From: a virus
Lineage: Duplodnaviria > Caudoviricetes
IMG/VR virus record: IMGVR_UViG_3300011616_000006
Span: 32,001-96,000 of that record
Strand: one strand, 5' to 3'
DNA length: 64,000 bases
In this document: positions 60,956 to 64,000 of the stretch, one piece after another
Position numbering within the stretch: the stretch's first letter is position 1
Layout of the letters: each line of letters starts with the position of its first letter
Position numbers and translations under genes: made by a program
The notes under the pieces: generated by a model
The model's database searches: none
Told to the model about the DNA's origin: nothing
The model's input: the letters and a program-made list of their open reading frames with translations, nothing else

Positions 60956-61199
60956 TCAGTCACCCGTTACCCAAATATATGCCGCCATTATACATCCCAG
61001 CCAGGCAATTAATCCTCCAACACAAGAAGCAAATACACATTTAACAAATGTAATTCCCACCACCGAGGCTGTCAATGTTCCTGTATCAAATGCGCGACAA
61101 GCTGCTAAAATCGGCTGTACAAACAATACCCAACCACCAAGGTAAAGACCACTAAAGATTCCCATCGCGCCTATCAAAAAAAGCTATTATATTTCGCAT
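60956..61199 (-). pseudogene. Two-TM membrane protein, frameshifted in a T7 run
   Basis: GGAGG-ATG at 61199 is one base out of frame with the hydrophobic body. Confidence 0.55.
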
Positions 61200-61259
61200 C
61201 TAAAATCCTCCACTTTGTTTCTGTCTATCAATCTTTGAATATTTGTTGAATGTGTCGTT

Positions 61260-62941
61260 TCATTCGTTAATCTGCTCGAACTCTGCACAGTACATTGCCC
61301 TATCGAGCTGATTGAAGGTCAAGCAATCAGAGACGCCGGTTCTTCTGTTAACACAGTATATCCCTGTTGCATACGTGCGCCATCTGCTCGTACCAGCAGC
61401 CGTTAACTCTGTTGAAAAATCATAAATATCTCCAACCTTTAAATCGCGAAACAATTGACATTTTGATTTCCTGTATATCTCAGTGCATTTTGCGGTACAT
61501 TTTAAATCCATAACCCCTCCTAACTATAGTTTGCTTCTGGTTCGGCCTCGGGTGTAATCCCCTCCTCTGCCGAATTATCATCAATCTGCAACTTGCAAAA
61601 TGATCTCTTTAAGCTACAAAGAAATACTTCGAATGAGTTCATATATCTTAGTGAAGAAATATCCGGATTGCATCGATAATCTATATCCCATTTTTCTCCA
61701 TCATATTTTTGCCATCTTGTGATCGGAATTGAGAAATTCATATCCTCATCATGTTCACACTCAAAAACTATATTGGCCTTCTCAAAATCAGACCAGGAAC
61801 AACCAGCTTCATATTCCACTTCCATTGTACATTCCACTGATTCATACGTTGGCTCATCATCAGTATTGACTTCCAGCCCATTCGTCTCAACATTGGCAGC
61901 TACATAATTACACCATTGCTCAAACAACTCTGAGGTCTTAATGACCTTTCGCCCATCTTCAATCATAAGTTCCTTAAAATTCTCAAGGATTTTCTTATTT
62001 TCAACCAAAGATGTAGAATTAACAATTTCTGTTAATACCGTATCTAACTTAACTATGTATTCCGAGAAATCAGTTTTTTCAATAGCTGGAGCCATTACAG
62101 ATTCCACCTTTTCTCTAATTGCTTTTCCTACTATCCCGTAACTTCGGAATATTTCTGCCATAGCCTCATTGATACCTTTTTCAAACTTTTCAGACATGAT
62201 TTTTTCTATCGAACCGTCTGAGAGCTTCTCTTCAATAATTCCCTTAATGTTTTCTTCTAAAGTCATATATCCTCCTATTTGACATGTAATAATCAATCAC
62301 AATTTAACAACTTCCACCGTCATATGGAATAAAGTTCTCTTCGCAGTCCTCCGGCAAGCACACGCCACAGTCCCAACAATTATAATCATCATCATAAATT
62401 CCATGGCAACAACTACTGCAATCATTCACGGGTTCACTTTTATTAAAATCGCTCATCACTCTAAATCACCTTCCTGAAATAAAGATTTCAACTGTTCAAC
62501 CAACTGTTTTCTAAATAGTAAAAGCCATACACAATAGCTCCTGTGAGAACTAGCCAGAGGAGCCAAAAAACAACCACCGCTAAGATAACCATTAATATAA
62601 ATGCTGGACTAATCTATAGCACCTCCTGCTTAGATCAAATTGAAGATTGCCCACCTCAGTGTTTCTGCCGCATAGCTATCCTGCTCTACCTCAGCTCTAG
62701 TCAATAAATCCTTTAATTTGGTAAGCTTTGGTTCTTTGTTTTCCTTCAAGTATTGTAACTCTTCTTTATTTAAATGTTTCGCTGCCGACGCACGACTTTC
62801 GATCTGCCGTTCGACAATCCTAAATTCATCTTTATTAAGCCATTTAATCCATTTCCCACACTTTGAACAGTAAAGCCCTTTGTTATTACCAGACGTTTTA
62901 ATAAAGACATCGCTTGAAAGACATTTATTACATGAAAACAT
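61260..62941 (-). CDS. Five hypothetical genes (61260-61511, 61520-62266, ~62305-62457, 62488-62613 single TM, 62630-62941 zinc ribbon)
   Basis: ORFs with SDs; two translated manually. Confidence 0.65.
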
Positions 62942-62980
62942 TATTACACTTCCTTTCCCTTTAAAAGAGTGGATTCAAGC

Positions 62981-63451
62981 CTATAAGCATTTCCCTAATA
63001 TCTGAGGAAAATTATATGAGCTTGGTAACTGTCCGATCAGATTAACCTCAACTTCTGTTACTCCGTTTTTTGTTTTTACCATAACAAAATCCCCCTTTTT
63101 AATAAGCTCTGGTTTCATTGATTTTGGAAGCTTCCACCCGGATTTTTTACCACTATTTAAATAGGTTCCAATCACGTAAGTAGAAAGAGACTTATTATTT
63201 CCTCTAAATAAACGTTGCCAAGCGGATGGTTCGTCAAATTTCACTTTAACACGCTTTACCCCGGCTTCCTTCAAAACTAAATATAATATGTATCCATCAA
63301 TCAGTTCATGTTGCTTGTTTATAACGATGTACCGATCTTGAATCTTCTTATGGATATAATTATCCCTACAGAGTTTTAGTTTCACTGGACTGGGTGATGA
63401 CCTGGCAAAGTCATCTGTAATAGTTATATCTGTTAATTTTATAGTCTTCAT
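62981..63451 (-). CDS. ParB/Srx-like N-terminal domain protein
   Basis: IVIN...ELIDGY..YL. Confidence 0.55.
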   Translation of the reverse strand: MKTIKLTDITITDDFARSSPSPVKLKLCRDNYIHKKIQDRYIVINKQHELIDGYILYLVLKEAGVKRVKVKFDEPSAWQRLFRGNNKSLSTYVIGTYLNSGKKSGWKLPKSMKPELIKKGDFVMVKTKNGVTEVEVNLIGQLPSSYNFPQILGKCL

Positions 63452-63507
63452 GCTTCCCCCCCCTATGAAAGAGCAGTTTCACTGTATACTTCGGAACTGG
63501 TTAAGGC

Positions 63508-63693
63508 CTATTTTTTTCTCCGAAAACATTTCCCAGAATACCAAGCTCGGTATCCCTGATCATTTTTAACCATAATACAGTCACCATCTGAACAATAAAC
63601 TAAATACTACTTATTTTCTATAAATCCATATTCTTCTGCTGCCGAAGTCGCAACAGCCATTTCTCCAATTTTAAACGAATTACAGATCATCAT
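63508..63693 (-). pseudogene. Small gene interrupted by an in-frame TAG
   Basis: MMICNSFKIGEMAV...IENK*YLVYCSDGDCIMVKND... Confidence 0.5.
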
Positions 63694-63997
63694 AAGTTCT
63701 GTCTGGCTCCTTTATTAACTTAAGCAATTCTTTATAATATAAATCATCAAAATCTTTTTTGTTTCTAATTGTAAAGCTTAAATCGCATTCATCACACTCC
63801 CAAGATACCTCTCCATATTCCCAGTCCTCATCAGTCCAGTTTGTTTCCCCCTTTTCGTGTGCGATCTTCATTTTTTCATATTCTTCTGAAGATAAAAAAT
63901 GTCGTCCTCTATCGCATAAACACCCTATCTCACATTCTCTTTTTTGTGATTTTATGATCACATAAGAAATCATATAGTTTTTCACACAACAAATCAT
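63680..63997 (-). CDS. Hypothetical protein (start uncertain)
   Basis: WECDEC; protein-like C-terminal two thirds. Confidence 0.55.
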   Translation of the reverse strand: MICCVKNYMISYVIIKSQKRECEIGCLCDRGRHFLSSEEYEKMKIAHEKGETNWTDEDWEYGEVSWECDECDLSFTIRNKKDFDDLYYKELLKLIKEPDRTYDDL

Positions 63998-64000
63998 CTC

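Larger units (their letters stand above)
30860..64000 (-). mobile_element. Prophage 2 (partial), large temperate phage with its own replisome
   Basis: Integrase next to tRNA 3' end, lower GC, uniformly - strand genes, phage-type DnaE/DnaB/primase/ligase/NrdDG and many short ORFs. Confidence 0.9.

Noticed and set aside
30940-64000. TAG stop-codon reassignment in prophage 2
   Set aside because: Only one internal TAG; more than a dozen genes end cleanly at TAG and all large genes are intact under code 11

Overview
Firmicute (Clostridia/Lachnospiraceae-like) chromosome segment with three parts. (1) 1-~24640: left part of a temperate phage integrated at the 3' end of rlmD/rumA, organised like the Phi-m46.1-type macrolide-resistance prophages. 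Reading on the - strand it has a mef-msr operon with the MTASMRLR leader peptide, a nucleotidyltransferase, a KTR protein, a sigma-like factor, a PolA/primase-helicase/SNF2/VRR-NUC replication module, HNH-TerS, two DNA methyltransferases, an amidoligase/GGCT cluster, TerL and portal. (2) ~24600-30880: host genes (rlmD, ProX/YbaK, aminopeptidase P, lpdA, Cof-HAD, tRNA-Pro GGG). (3) ~30880-64000: a second, large, AT-richer prophage at tRNA-Pro with a tyrosine integrase, SleB-like hydrolase, NrdDG, nucleotide enzymes, its own replisome (LigA, ERCC4, DnaE, RecJ, primase, DnaB, AAA ATPase, SSB-like) and many small accessory ORFs. The most notable unexplained structures are: a 16-bp T(G/A)AAA-N6-TTT(C/T)A palindrome at many accessory gene junctions of prophage 2; a twice-occurring SD-occluding leader hairpin with a covarying palindromic apex; three inverted, wobble-variant copies of the rlmD attachment sequence beside attL of prophage 1; a C5 methyltransferase with a second protein in an alternative frame plus tandem TRD-like units; and a tRNA-like mini-RNA. 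All protein calls come from motif recognition by eye; no searches were run.
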